Source: Kofleriaceae bacterium
Lineage (GTDB): Bacteria > Myxococcota_A > Polyangia > Haliangiales > Haliangiaceae
Length of the DNA stretch: 64,000 nt
Direction of reading: 5' to 3'
Assembly: GCA_965215005.1 (NCBI GenBank)
Contig: CBDCCZ010000006.1
Location: forward strand, 32,001-96,000
Position 1 is the first letter of the stretch; the number at the start of each line of letters is the position of its first letter. Positions 17,814 to 27,921 of the stretch are shown in pieces. The position numbers and the translations under genes were made by a program. The notes beneath the pieces were generated by a model. The model was given only the letters and a program-made list of their open reading frames with translations, was not told where the DNA came from and ran no database searches.

Positions 17814-20800
17814 ATGGGAATCGCTGATCTCTTTCGCCCTAAACACCGCCACTCAAACCCTGACATCCGCGCTGAAGCGGTGCGGCAGATGCAGGAGGAT
17901 GAGTCGGAGCTGCTCGCCTCCATTGCCCGTGACGATCGCGATCCCGCGGTTCGCCGGCTCGCGATCGAGAAGATCGACGATGCCGAGCTGCTCGCGGCGC
18001 TTTCAAAGACCGAGAGCGATCGCGGCGTCCGTGCGCGAGCGCGGCAGCGGGCAGCGTCGCTTTGGACCTCGGTTGCCGCGAGTGCGCGCTCCGACGACGA
18101 AGCCGAGCTGGCACTGGCGGGGCTGATTCGCATGGAAGATCAGGCGGCGCTCGCAGACATCGCGAGCCGCGCGCAGCTCGCCTCAGTGCGCGAAACCGCG
18201 TTGGCCAAGCTCTCCGACGACAAAGCGCTGGCAAAACTCGCAAGGGGTGCAACCGATCAGCAGGCGCGGTCGGTGGCGGTAGAGCGCATTCGCGATGCCG
18301 CGGTGCTGCGTGCGCTGGCGATGGACTCCACGCGTAAAGACGCGGCACTGGCGGCGCTCGAGCGCATCGATGATGAGGCAACGCTCGAGCAGCTCGCGGC
18401 CAAAGCCAAGAGCAAGGCGGTGCGTACCCGCGCCAAGAGAATGTTAGCAGCCCGGGTTGAGGCTGAGAAACCGGCTGCACCGCAGGCTTCCGATGAAGAT
18501 AAGCGTCGCCGCGCGGAGCTCGCGCAGCTGGTACGACGAGCCGAATCGCTGGCGCGAGGCCAAGAGTGGATCGCCTCGGCTGGCGAGATGCGCACGATTG
18601 AGAGTGATTGGCAGCGGCTCGCTGCCGCCGCAGACCCGGCAACTGCGAAGCGCTTTGGCAAGGCAACGGCGCGATATTGGCAGCGGCAGGCAGCGTACGA
18701 GCAGACGCAGCAGCGAGATGACGTTGCGCCCGAAGAGCCGCATTCGCCGCAGCCGGAGGAAGCTCAGGAGAGCGCGGAGGAGGAGCCCGCGACACCCGCC
18801 GTTGAGGATGAGCAGGCACGAGCGGAGCGCGAGCGGTTGCAAGCGGAGCGCGAGCAGGCACGGGCGGAGCGCGAGCGGGCGCAAGCCGAGCGCCAGCAGG
18901 CACAAGCGCAGCTGCGAGCCGAGCGAGAACGCGAGGCGGGGAAGAATCTCACTCGCTTGGAGTCGCTGTCTGCCGACATGGAGGCGATGCTCGCCACGCC
19001 GAAGCGGGCGCCGGCCGAGAAGTTGCTGTCGCGATCGCAGCGGGCGCTAGAAGGGCTGGAAGCGCTGCCGGAGAAGTCCAAAGCGGCGGCTATCGAGCGC
19101 TTCGAGTCGGTCCGCAAGCAGCTGGTGATCAAGGTTCGTGAGCTGCAAGATGCCGAGGATTGGGAGCGCTGGGCCAATGTGCCGCGGCAGGAGGCGCTGA
19201 TCAAAGAAGCGGAGGCGCTTCTAAATGATCAAGAAGCCACCGAGCTCGGCAATAAGCTCAAGTCGCTGCAGTCCCGGTGGAAAGACGTCGGTCCGGTTCC
19301 CCGCAACAAGAGCCAAGAGCTGTGGACGCAGTTCAAGGCGCACTGCGACGGGATCTATGAGCGGGTCAAGCTCGAGCGCTCCAAGGTGTCGGAGGAGCAT
19401 CAGGCGAATCTCGACAAGAAGGTCGCGCTTTGTGAACGCGTAGAGGTACTGGCGGAGTCGTCCAATTGGGTCGAGACCGCTGAGGAGATCAAGGAGCTGC
19501 AGCGCCAGTGGAAGGACGTGGGGCCGGTGCCGCGAAGGCAGTCGGAGGCGGTGTGGAAGCGCTTCCGAGCCGCCTGTGACCGGTTCTTCGAACGGCGCAA
19601 GCCGCATCTGGACGCGCAATTTGCCGAGCTGGAGGAGAATCTAGCCAAGAAAGAGGCGCTGTGTGCGCGCGCCGAGGCGCTGGCGGAGTCGACGACGTGG
19701 GAGGAGACCGCGCGCGAGCTGCGTGGCATGCAACGAGAGTGGAAAGAAATCGGCCGCGTGCCGAGGAACAAGATGCGGGGCGTGCAGAAGCGGTTCCGCC
19801 AGGCGTGTGACCGGTTCTTCGAGGAGCGCGAGGCAGAGAAGCAGCGCGAGGTCGAGGACCGTCGCAAAGCGCTGGAGTCGTTGCGCAGTGAGATGGACGC
19901 GTTGTTGGCTTATGCGGACGGCACGGAGGGCGGGGCTACGACCGCAAGCGCTGCACGGCAGGTTGAGCCGGGCCTCGCGCCGCTCGCCAACGAAGCTTCG
20001 GTGGCCGCACCAGAGGCAACACATCCTGACTCTAGTGCGGCAGAAGAGTCGGCCGGAAGGCCAGGAGCAGCGGCGAACGCGGAGCTGGCGAGCGCGTCCA
20101 GTGCTGCCGTCGTGGACGCGCCGGCGCGGCAGGTCGAGCCAGGAATAGCGGCGCCAGGAGACGCGGATGGCACGGCTTCGGCGTCGACCGAGGTGATGAC
20201 GTCGGAGCTCTACGAGTCGGAAACCGACGCGGGCTGGGAGCTGCCGGAGGATTCGCCGACCGAGGCGAGCAGTGTCGAAGCGACCGAGGCGAGCAGTGTC
20301 GAAGCGACCGAGGCGAGCAGCGCCGAAGCGACCGAGGCGAGCAGCGCCGAAGCGACCGAGGCGAGCAGCGCCGAAGCGACCGAGGCGAGCAGTGTCGAAG
20401 CGACCGAGGCGAGCAGCGCCGAAGCGACGCACTCGATCGCTACTGATGAGCCTGCGTCTGGTGCCGAGGAAGTGCCTGCTGTCGCCCAGGACGGCGAGGC
20501 TACGCCTGATGACGCTACGCCTGATGAGGAGAGCGCAGCCGCAGCACCGCCAGCGAGTGTCCCGCCGCAGTCTGCGGACGAGCTGGCCAAGCGAGTTCTC
20601 GAGGTTCGCGGACGCGTTCGTGAGCTCGAGCTCACGCGCAGCCAAATCGGTGCGTTTCAAGAGCATCTCGAGCGTCTCTACCGCTCAGCGGTCGAGCGCG
20701 CTCCCGACAGTTTCCGCGGCACCGAGCTTGACCCCGACGTAAGCAAGAAGCGCAAACAGAAACTCTTGTCCAAGGCCGAGGAGCTGGCTCCAGCCAATCG

Positions 20801-21041
20801 TACGCCGGCCGTGGATCCCAACGCGCCCGCCGACGAGCTAGCCGCGCGGCTGCGTGCTGCGTTGGCCGAAAATGCCCTCGGCTCGTCGTTAGCGGGGGTG
20901 ACGGACGGTCGTTCCATGACCGACGTCATCGCCGACCTACGGGATGCCTGGAATCAGCTCGGTCCGGTCCCCGGCGACGAAGGTGTCGACCTCGAGGAGC
21001 GCTTCGCCGCCGCCTGCGAGCGCGCCGCCGCGATGGGGTGA
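17814..21041 (+). CDS. DUF349 repeat-containing protein with N-terminal HEAT-like repeats
   Basis: Repeated WKDVGPVPR...LW..F...CDRFF units; coiled-coil and acidic low-complexity linkers. Confidence 0.82.
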   Translation: MGIADLFRPKHRHSNPDIRAEAVRQMQEDESELLASIARDDRDPAVRRLAIEKIDDAELLAALSKTESDRGVRARARQRAASLWTSVAASARSDDEAELALAGLIRMEDQAALADIASRAQLASVRETALAKLSDDKALAKLARGATDQQARSVAVERIRDAAVLRALAMDSTRKDAALAALERIDDEATLEQLAAKAKSKAVRTRAKRMLAARVEAEKPAAPQASDEDKRRRAELAQLVRRAESLARGQEWIASAGEMRTIESDWQRLAAAADPATAKRFGKATARYWQRQAAYEQTQQRDDVAPEEPHSPQPEEAQESAEEEPATPAVEDEQARAERERLQAEREQARAERERAQAERQQAQAQLRAEREREAGKNLTRLESLSADMEAMLATPKRAPAEKLLSRSQRALEGLEALPEKSKAAAIERFESVRKQLVIKVRELQDAEDWERWANVPRQEALIKEAEALLNDQEATELGNKLKSLQSRWKDVGPVPRNKSQELWTQFKAHCDGIYERVKLERSKVSEEHQANLDKKVALCERVEVLAESSNWVETAEEIKELQRQWKDVGPVPRRQSEAVWKRFRAACDRFFERRKPHLDAQFAELEENLAKKEALCARAEALAESTTWEETARELRGMQREWKEIGRVPRNKMRGVQKRFRQACDRFFEEREAEKQREVEDRRKALESLRSEMDALLAYADGTEGGATTASAARQVEPGLAPLANEASVAAPEATHPDSSAAEESAGRPGAAANAELASASSAAVVDAPARQVEPGIAAPGDADGTASASTEVMTSELYESETDAGWELPEDSPTEASSVEATEASSVEATEASSAEATEASSAEATEASSAEATEASSVEATEASSAEATHSIATDEPASGAEEVPAVAQDGEATPDDATPDEESAAAAPPASVPPQSADELAKRVLEVRGRVRELELTRSQIGAFQEHLERLYRSAVERAPDSFRGTELDPDVSKKRKQKLLSKAEELAPANRTPAVDPNAPADELAARLRAALAENALGSSLAGVTDGRSMTDVIADLRDAWNQLGPVPGDEGVDLEERFAAACERAAAMG
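20256..20429 (+). repeat. In-frame 24-bp tandem repeat, ~7 copies (ATEASS[V/A]E)
   Basis: GCGACCGAGGCGAGCAG(T/C)G(T/C)CGAA repeated. Confidence 0.95.
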
Positions 21042-21180
21042 CTGCAAGCGGACCAGCGCCTGCAGCGCCGCGAATCAACTCCAATCGCATCCGCTCCGAT
21101 GGCTTGATCGGTGCCCCCGCCGCTCATCGTCATGATCGATGGCGGGTGGTCGGGGCGCCGCAGCGCGCTACTCTACGTAG

Positions 21181-21483
21181 GTGGCCAGGGCATTGGAGAT
21201 GTTGATGGTTCTCGGAGTCGGCGGCTCGTGCGTGGTATTTGCCGGTGCCTTCCGCTGGGCGCTGCAGGAAACCATGGACAACGCGCTTGGTTACCTGCCT
21301 ACCCTGCCGCGCGCCACCGCCCATCACCCCGCCCGCAGGCGGCAACCAGCCTACCGGCAGATTGCGATAGGCGGTCTTCGCCTCCTCCAGGCCGGCTGCA
21401 TCGCCTTTGGCATCACGGCAATCTTCGTCATGACGCTGTGCATGATGGGGGTTATCGCAGTGATGATCGCAGGAACATCCTGA
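21181..21483 (+). CDS. Small hypothetical membrane protein
   Basis: 100-aa ORF with two hydrophobic segments; fills an intergenic gap. Confidence 0.45.
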   Translation: MARALEMLMVLGVGGSCVVFAGAFRWALQETMDNALGYLPTLPRATAHHPARRRQPAYRQIAIGGLRLLQAGCIAFGITAIFVMTLCMMGVIAVMIAGTS

Positions 21484-21549
21484 GCTCTGTCCCGCACGAG
21501 TGACGCGAGCAGCGAAGAACGTCTCTTACTATTGCGCCGGCGCCCTCGC

Positions 21550-22377
21550 CTACCGCTCCTTGCGGTACAGCCGCATCGCGACCGGCACAGCGATGAGCAA
21601 AATGATTGCGGTCGCCGCAAGCACCCGTGCGACGGCAGGCCATGCGGGCTCACCGTGCATCAGCTGGCGGGCGGCATTTGCGAGGTGGGTGATGGGATTG
21701 CGCCCGACCACCGCTTGCAGCCACGTCGGCATCGTCGACAGCTCGACGAAGATGTTACTCGCGAAGGTAACCGGCATCAGGAAGATGAAGCTCGTGGTCA
21801 TCACCGATTCGGGCGTGCGCACGAGCATGCCGACGATGATCCACAGCCACGAGAGCGCGAAGCCGAACAGCAGCACGAGGCCGAGCGCCGCCAGCACTCC
21901 GACCACGCCGCCCGCGGGCCGGAAGCCGAGAATCAAGCCCATGACGATGATGATGCCGCCGGCGATCGAGTAGCGAAACGTGTCGCCAGCGAGCGCACCC
22001 AGAAGCGGCGAAGGTTGCCAAATCGGCAACGAGCGAAACCGGTCGAAGAGCCCCTTCTTGATATCGGAGTTGAGGCCGAAGCCGGTGTAGACGGTGATGA
22101 AGACGATCGTCTGCACGACGATGCCGGGCAGGAGATACTGGATGTACTCGCGCGGCGTGCCCGCGAGCGCACCGCCAAAGACGTACGTGAAGAGCAGCGT
22201 GAACATGATCGGAGTAACGATCACGTCGAAGAGCTGGAAGGGCACGTGCTTGATCTTCAGCATCGCGCGCCACGCGTGCGTCACCACGGCCGAGAACGGG
22301 GACGCGTGGCTCGGACGCAATCGCGTAGCGAGCAGCTGATGCGCCCGGTCACCAGTCGGAAGAGCGTCATCACTCAT
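21550..22377 (-). CDS. ABC-2 exporter permease (DrrB-like)
   Basis: [38 protein letters not shown]. Confidence 0.88.
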   Translation of the reverse strand: MSDDALPTGDRAHQLLATRLRPSHASPFSAVVTHAWRAMLKIKHVPFQLFDVIVTPIMFTLLFTYVFGGALAGTPREYIQYLLPGIVVQTIVFITVYTGFGLNSDIKKGLFDRFRSLPIWQPSPLLGALAGDTFRYSIAGGIIIVMGLILGFRPAGGVVGVLAALGLVLLFGFALSWLWIIVGMLVRTPESVMTTSFIFLMPVTFASNIFVELSTMPTWLQAVVGRNPITHLANAARQLMHGEPAWPAVARVLAATAIILLIAVPVAMRLYRKER

Positions 22378-23342
22378 GGGCGAGCCTCCGCGTCCGCACT
22401 GTCGGCCTCCGCCGGCTTGCCGGTGAGAGCCAAAAACACCTCGTCGAGGCTCGGCTCGCCCACCGAAAACTGCGCCAGCTCCACCCGGCTCTCGGTCAGC
22501 GCCGCGAGCACCGTCACCGCCTGCTCGGGACCGGCGAGCTTTGCCGTAATCTCGCCCGGCTCGGTGGCCGGCAGGACACCCTCACCCAGCACGCGGGTGA
22601 TCAACTCGAGCGCGCGCGGGCGCTGATCGAGCCGCGCGAGGCGGACGTGCAGGGCGTTGGCGCCTACCGATGTCTTCAGCTCGCGACTCGTGCCCTCGGC
22701 TATCACTTGTCCGCGATCGATCACCGCAAGCCGCTCCGCCAGACGATCCGCTTCGTCGAGATACTGCGTGGTGAGCAGCACCGTCGTGCCCTCGGCGGCG
22801 ATCCTCCGCACGAGCTCCCACACCTGCAACCGGCTGCGCGGATCAAGCCCTGTCGTCGGCTCGTCGAGAAACAAGATCTCCGGGATCACCACGAGGCTGG
22901 CGGCGATGTCGAGCCGCCGGCGCATCCCGCCGGAATACGTCTGCACCTGTCGCCCAGCCGCCTCGACGAGACCGAACGCCCCGAGCAACTCGTCCGCCCG
23001 CTGCCGCGCCATCCGCCACGACAGTCCGTGCAGCCGCCCGATGAGCACGATGTTCTCGCGGCCGGTGAGGTCTTCATCGACCGATGCGTACTGCCCAGTG
23101 AGGCTCACCTTGCGCCGCACAGCGGGCGCCTCGCGCTCCACGTCGTGACCGAGCACTGTTGCCGTGCCGCCGTCGGGTCGGAGCAACGTAGCCAGGATGC
23201 GGATTGTCGTGGTCTTGCCGGCACCGTTGGGACCGAGAAGACCATACACGCTGCCCGGCCGCACGCGGAGATCGACGCTTCTAAGCGCCTCCGTCGCACC
23301 GAAGCGCTTGCTCAACCCATTGATCTCGATCGCATAGCTCAT
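22374..23342 (-). CDS. ABC exporter ATP-binding protein (DrrA-like)
   Basis: [56 protein letters not shown]. Confidence 0.9.
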   Translation of the reverse strand: MSYAIEINGLSKRFGATEALRSVDLRVRPGSVYGLLGPNGAGKTTTIRILATLLRPDGGTATVLGHDVEREAPAVRRKVSLTGQYASVDEDLTGRENIVLIGRLHGLSWRMARQRADELLGAFGLVEAAGRQVQTYSGGMRRRLDIAASLVVIPEILFLDEPTTGLDPRSRLQVWELVRRIAAEGTTVLLTTQYLDEADRLAERLAVIDRGQVIAEGTSRELKTSVGANALHVRLARLDQRPRALELITRVLGEGVLPATEPGEITAKLAGPEQAVTVLAALTESRVELAQFSVGEPSLDEVFLALTGKPAEADSADAEARP

Positions 23343-23600
23343 ACTGACGCGGCGCAGAATCCCGCAAAACAAACGCGAGCGCTAGCCTGCGACCACAGCA
23401 GTCTCGACCGGCTTCGCGCCCTTAGAGCCAGAATCTCATCCGCAAGTGCGCCGGCGCTAGATCGCCGCGAGCGTCGGCACCCAGCGCAAGAACAGTCGAT
23501 GGTTAGCAGCGCCGAGGCGGCGCCAAGCGCGGTCGGTCGGCTCGACTGAGTTGAACTGAGCCCACGTATCGCGACCAATCAGTCGGCAGCTCACGCGTAC

Positions 23601-23746
23601 CTAAGGCGCCGCGCGCAAACAACCGACCGTTCGCACTCCGTTTCATCCCGGCTGGCGACGTTACTCATCGGTTGCGTAGCCCACTACGCGCCCTTCGCGC
23701 CTCAGAGCCGCGCTTCGCAGCGATTGTCGTCCGCGAGGCGCTTTAG
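23601..23746. mobile_element. MITE-like 146-bp element
   Basis: Terminal inverted repeats CTAAGGCGCCGCGCG and reverse-complement CTAAAGCGCCTCGCG (13/15 match); central hairpin GCGTAG-CCCA-CTACGC; no convincing ORF. Confidence 0.6.
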
Positions 23747-23932
23747 TACGCCGCCGCGGGACTCATGACGCAGAATTCCGCCGCCCCGATGCGGGGCAAG
23801 GGCGGCAGATTTCTGCTATTCACGCGCCCCCTTCGGCGTCTCCCAAGCGATTGTTGCTTTGCTAGCAGTTTACGACTTACGCCGTAAGCCACTAGTACCC
23901 GGCCACAGGGAATATGATCGATTCAGGCACCT

Positions 23933-24193
23933 TCACCGCAGGGTGGGGAGATGCTCGGGGCGGACCAGTAGCTCAATGCTTCGAGCCGTGCGCGGCGTTC
24001 GGCGGATCAACCCCTTGCGCTCGAGCTCTCTCACCATTCTGTGCACGGTAGGCGGCGTCACGTCGAAGAAGCGCTGCATGTCAGCTTCGGCTGGTGGCCG
24101 TCGGTTGAGCTTGGTGTAGGAGTGAATAAAGGCCAGGTATTGGCCCTGTAACGGGGTGAAGTTGGCGCAATTCGTCTGCGATGGGATCGACAC
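23933..24193 (-). CDS. LexA-N/MarR-like winged-helix protein (IS passenger, copy 1)
   Basis: FTPLQGQYLAFIHSY...PPAEADMQRFF...VHRMVRELERKGLIRR...RSIEL aligns by eye with the LexA DNA-binding domain at 38475. Confidence 0.82.
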   Translation of the reverse strand: MSIPSQTNCANFTPLQGQYLAFIHSYTKLNRRPPAEADMQRFFDVTPPTVHRMVRELERKGLIRRTPRTARSIELLVRPEHLPTLR

Positions 24194-24240
24194 GATCGTC
24201 GGATGATGATCCCGTCGGCGTTCTCTGGAAAGGGGACGCG

Positions 24241-25383
24241 ATGAACGTCAAATATGTGGTGGAGCTGAGCGAAGCGGAACGCGAGGAGTTACGGGCGCTT
24301 GTTCGCGGCGGGACGAAGTTGGCTCGCACCGTGAAGCGCGCCCAGGTTCTTCTTGCGGCTGACGAGGGTACGGCGGATGCATCGATCGCTGCCACGGTTC
24401 CGGGTCGGCACATCAACGGTGTATCGAACCAAGCGGCGATTCGTGGAGGATGGGCTCCAGCGAGCCCTCAACGATGCCCCCCGACCGGGAGCCGGGCGTA
24501 AGCTGACAGGCAAGGAAGAAGCATTGCTGGTGGCGCTGGCGTGCTCAGATCCGCCCGCCGGCCGCGCCAGGTGGACCATGGAGCTCATAGCTGGTGCGTT
24601 CGTCGAGATGACCGAGCACGATGAACTTTCGGGTGAGACCGTGCGCCGCCGCCTAAAGGAGAAAAAGATCAAGCCTTGGCAGCACAAGATGTGGTGCATC
24701 CCGAACGTGAACCGGCGTACGTAGCGCGGATGGAGGACGTGCTCGAATTGTATGCAGAGCCTGCTTCCGAGGAAGCGCCGGTCGTGTGCTTCGACGAATC
24801 ACCGGTGCAGCTCATAGGAGAGACGCGCCGACCGATTCCTGCATCGGCCGGCAGACCCGCACGTATCGACTACGAGTATCGCCGCAACGGCACCGCCAAC
24901 CTCTTTGTGTTCCTGGACGCGCATCGCCCGTGGAGGCACGTGAAAGTGACCGATCACCGCAAATGCGACGATTTCGCCGAGTGCATGCGGGATCTGGTCG
25001 ACTCCCATTACCCAAACGCCAAAAAAATCCGAGTCGTGATGGACAATCTGTCGACGCACAGTGAAGCCGCGCTCTATCAAAGCTTCGCTCCCGCTGAAGC
25101 CCGACGCATCCTTCGCAAGATTGACTTCCACTTCGTGCCCAAGCACGCGAGCTGGCTCAACATGGTGGAGATCGAGATCGGTGTGCTCAAGAAGCAGTGC
25201 TTGAGCCGCCGCATAGAGGATCAGCAGACACTCCGCTCAGAGATCGCAGCGTGGCAGACCACGCGCAACGAGACGGGCCGACGCATCCGGTGGATGTTCA
25301 CAATCGAAAAGGCGCGCCAGAAGATGGGCCGAGCCTACCCGGAGCCCGCATCCGCCGCGTCCCCCGGTGAGGCCGCGGCCTGA
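24241..25383 (+). pseudogene. IS630 transposase, frameshifted twice
   Basis: HTH region, KPWQHKMWCIP, VARMEDVL, DDE residues (CFDE, MDNL, NMVEIE). Extra T at ~24398 relative to copy 2, plus a frame break at ~24712. Confidence 0.88.
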
Positions 25384-25451
25384 ATGAGTCAAAACCACTG
25401 TGGCCGGGTACTAGTACCCGGCCACAGGGAAGATGATCGATTCAGGCACCT

Positions 25452-25712
25452 TCACCGAAGGGTGGGGAGATGCTCGGGGCGGACCAGTAGCTCAATGCTG
25501 CGAGCCGTGCGCGGCGTTCGGCGGATCAACCCCTTGCGCTCGAGCTCTCTCACCATTCTGTGCACGGTAGGCGGCGTCACGTCGAAGAAGCGCTGCATGT
25601 CAGCTTCGGCTGGTGGCCGTCGGTTGAGCTTGGTGTAGGAGTGAATAAAGGCCAGGTATTGGCCCTGTAACGGGGTGAAGTTGGCGCAATTCGTCTGCGA
25701 TGGGATCGACAC
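25452..25712 (-). CDS. LexA-N/MarR-like winged-helix protein (IS passenger, copy 2)
   Basis: Translation identical to 23933-24193. Confidence 0.82.
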   Translation of the reverse strand: MSIPSQTNCANFTPLQGQYLAFIHSYTKLNRRPPAEADMQRFFDVTPPTVHRMVRELERKGLIRRTPRTARSIELLVRPEHLPTLR

Positions 25713-25759
25713 GATCGTCGGATGATGATCCCGTCGGCGTTCTCTGGAAAGGGGACGCG

Positions 25760-26311
25760 ATGAACGTCAAATATGTGGTGGAGCTGAGCGAAGCGGAACG
25801 CGAGGAGTTACGGGCGCTTGTTCGCGGCGGGACGAAGTTGGCTCGCACCGTGAAGCGCGCCCAGGTTCTTCTTGCGGCTGACGAGGGTACGGCGGATGCA
25901 TCGATCGCTGCCACGGTCCGGGTCGGCACATCAACGGTGTATCGAACCAAGCGGCGATTCGTGGAGGATGGGCTCCAGCGAGCCCTCAACGATGCCCCCC
26001 GACCGGGAGCCGGGCGTAAGCTGACAGGCAAGGAAGAAGCATTGCTGGTGGCGCTGGCGTGCTCAGATCCGCCCGCCGGCCGCGCCAGGTGGACCATGGA
26101 GCTCATAGCTGGTGCGTTCGTCGAGATGACCGAGCACGATGAACTTTCGGGTGAGACCGTGCGCCGCCGCCTAAAGGAGAAAAAGATCAAGCCTTGGCAG
26201 CACAAGATGTGGTGCATCCCGAACGTGAACCGGCGTACGTAGCGCGGATGGAGGACGTGCTCGAATTGTATGCAGAGCCTGCTTCCGAGGAAGCGCCGGT
26301 CGTGTGCTTCG
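25760..26311 (+). pseudogene. IS630 transposase N-terminal fragment
   Basis: MNVKYVVELSEAER...MWCIP intact; same frame break as copy 1; cut at the first catalytic Asp codon. Confidence 0.85.
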
Positions 26312-26335
26312 CATAACGACCAGAGTCCCAGTTGC

Positions 26336-27921
26336 CTACTGTGTGCGCGGGTCGAGGATCTTGCGCCACGTATCGTGCATCGCGTTGGAGACGGCTGGCG
26401 ACTCCAGAATGGACTGCACCTCCTCCAGAACTCGAGCGGGTGCAGGCGTGAAAACCTGGTTCACGCGGCGGCACCAGCGCTGAAGGTGAAGTTCTGCGCG
26501 CTCCCTGCACTGCTGCTTCACCACTCGTGCGAGCTCGGAGGATGTAGGGGAGCTGCGTCCAGTGATCCGTGGTGGCAAGAACAGCGAGGGCGTGTTTCTT
26601 CCCGTGTTGATGCGGTGTCTCAAGATAAGCTTTCCACACCGCCTCAGGGAGGGGGTATGGACCACGCGCGGCGACTCGTCCCGCAGCGCGGTAAGGCATG
26701 CGGAAACGGTGTCCTCGTGCTCCATCTGAGCAAGCGCCATCAACGCCGACCGGCGAACGACAGGTGGCCCTTCCGCGCATGCGTCGAGTATGGCCTGGCC
26801 AACGGCAGGCCCTCCCGTCTCACTGAGGCCAAGGAGCGCTGCGGCTTTGCGCTTGCCAGCAAGATCCGTCAGCGCGGCGGCATAGACCGTGTCTGGATCG
26901 GCTCCGGCCTTGAGTGCTGCTTCCTGGGCAGGCTCCCGGACATTGGCGTGAGGATCGAACAGCAATGTCCGCCATTCGATGTCGGCATAGTCGGCAACCA
27001 TGCGATGGACGGTTTTCGCTCGAATTGATCCCATTGGATGCTGGAGGAGCGCCTCGCGAAATCGACTGAACAGCTCGTTCGAGGAGTTCAGCACATGCCT
27101 GCTGCCCACAGTCCCGTGGATGCGTCGGTATCAGCAAGGGCAGCGGCCAACACGGATTCCTGGTGCCGACCGCCGCGCACGCCCAGCCGCCGCACTGCCG
27201 CTCTACGCACATCGAGGCGCTCAGAGCGACACGCAGCGAGTAAAAATGTTTCACCCGCCGGTCCATCGAGAAGCCGGTGTATGGCCGCGACCACCGCTTC
27301 GTCGTGCATGCGGCCCCAACCGCGCATTCTCTCCAAGAGGGGAAGCGCATCTATCAGGTCAGGAATGTGGCGTTCCGAGAGCCGGGCACGTAGCGCTTCC
27401 CCGGCCGCTTGGCGTACTGACTGCACCCAGTCGTTGAGGCGAAGTAAGAGGAACTGCAGTTCCCTACCATCTGCACAGATCGAGGACCGGCGAATCGCCT
27501 CCTCGCGAACATAGCCGTCGGGGTGGCTCATCGCGCACTGAACGACAGCTGCTCCGTTCTCAAGGTACGATAGGCGCGCCACGACCTTTGGCCCCATGTC
27601 GCGCCATAGGAAACATTCGTGGCCGCATGCGGAGCCCTTACGAAACATCAAGTCAAGCTCGATCAGATCTCGAACGGTGACGCTCCCGAGCAGCTCGGCC
27701 ACCGCAAGCGCGGCCGCTTCCGCAATGCGGATGCGCTCATCGAGGCAGAGCGCGATGAAACGCGGAATAGCGAGTGGTTCCCCACTTCGGCCCACGTCGC
27801 GCAGTATCGAATTAATCTGCTCGTCAATAGACGAGCGCCCCCACGGCCAGCGCTTCCGCGAAGCGAGCTGCCATGCAACGACGATGTTGCGATCCATGAC
27901 TCCGGAGAGAGCGCGCATCAT
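26336..27921 (-). pseudogene. HEAT/PBS-lyase-like repeat protein, ~3 frameshifts
   Basis: HPDGYVREEA, LLLRLNDWVQSVRQAA, DPHANVREPA, DESPRVV. Coding sense jumps frame at ~27100, ~26650 and ~26505. Confidence 0.72.

Larger units (their letters stand above)
23895..25411 (+). mobile_element. IS630-family insertion sequence, copy 1 (1517 bp), with passenger gene
   Basis: Perfect 14-bp IRs GTACCCGGCCACAG (23895-23908; 25398-25411), flanked by TA (23893-4; 25412-3) in CTAG context. Confidence 0.92.
25414..26311 (+). mobile_element. IS630-family copy 2, 3'-truncated
   Basis: Near-identical to 23895-24793 (3 SNPs and 1 indel seen); identity stops after GTGTGCTTCG; no right IR. Confidence 0.9.

Noticed and set aside
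20256..20429. Possible CRISPR array (also 46821-46946)
   Set aside because: Contiguous in-frame tandem repeats with no unique spacers and no cas genes.
23826..23835. CCCCCTTCG as the distal att copy of the tRNA 3' end
   Set aside because: Only ~9 nt and in inverted rather than direct orientation.
26311..26340. Integron attC site (GTTATGC on the minus strand after the HEAT gene)
   Set aside because: Too short, no complementary R''/L boxes, no repeated attC, and the integrase looks phage-type with an Xis rather than IntI.
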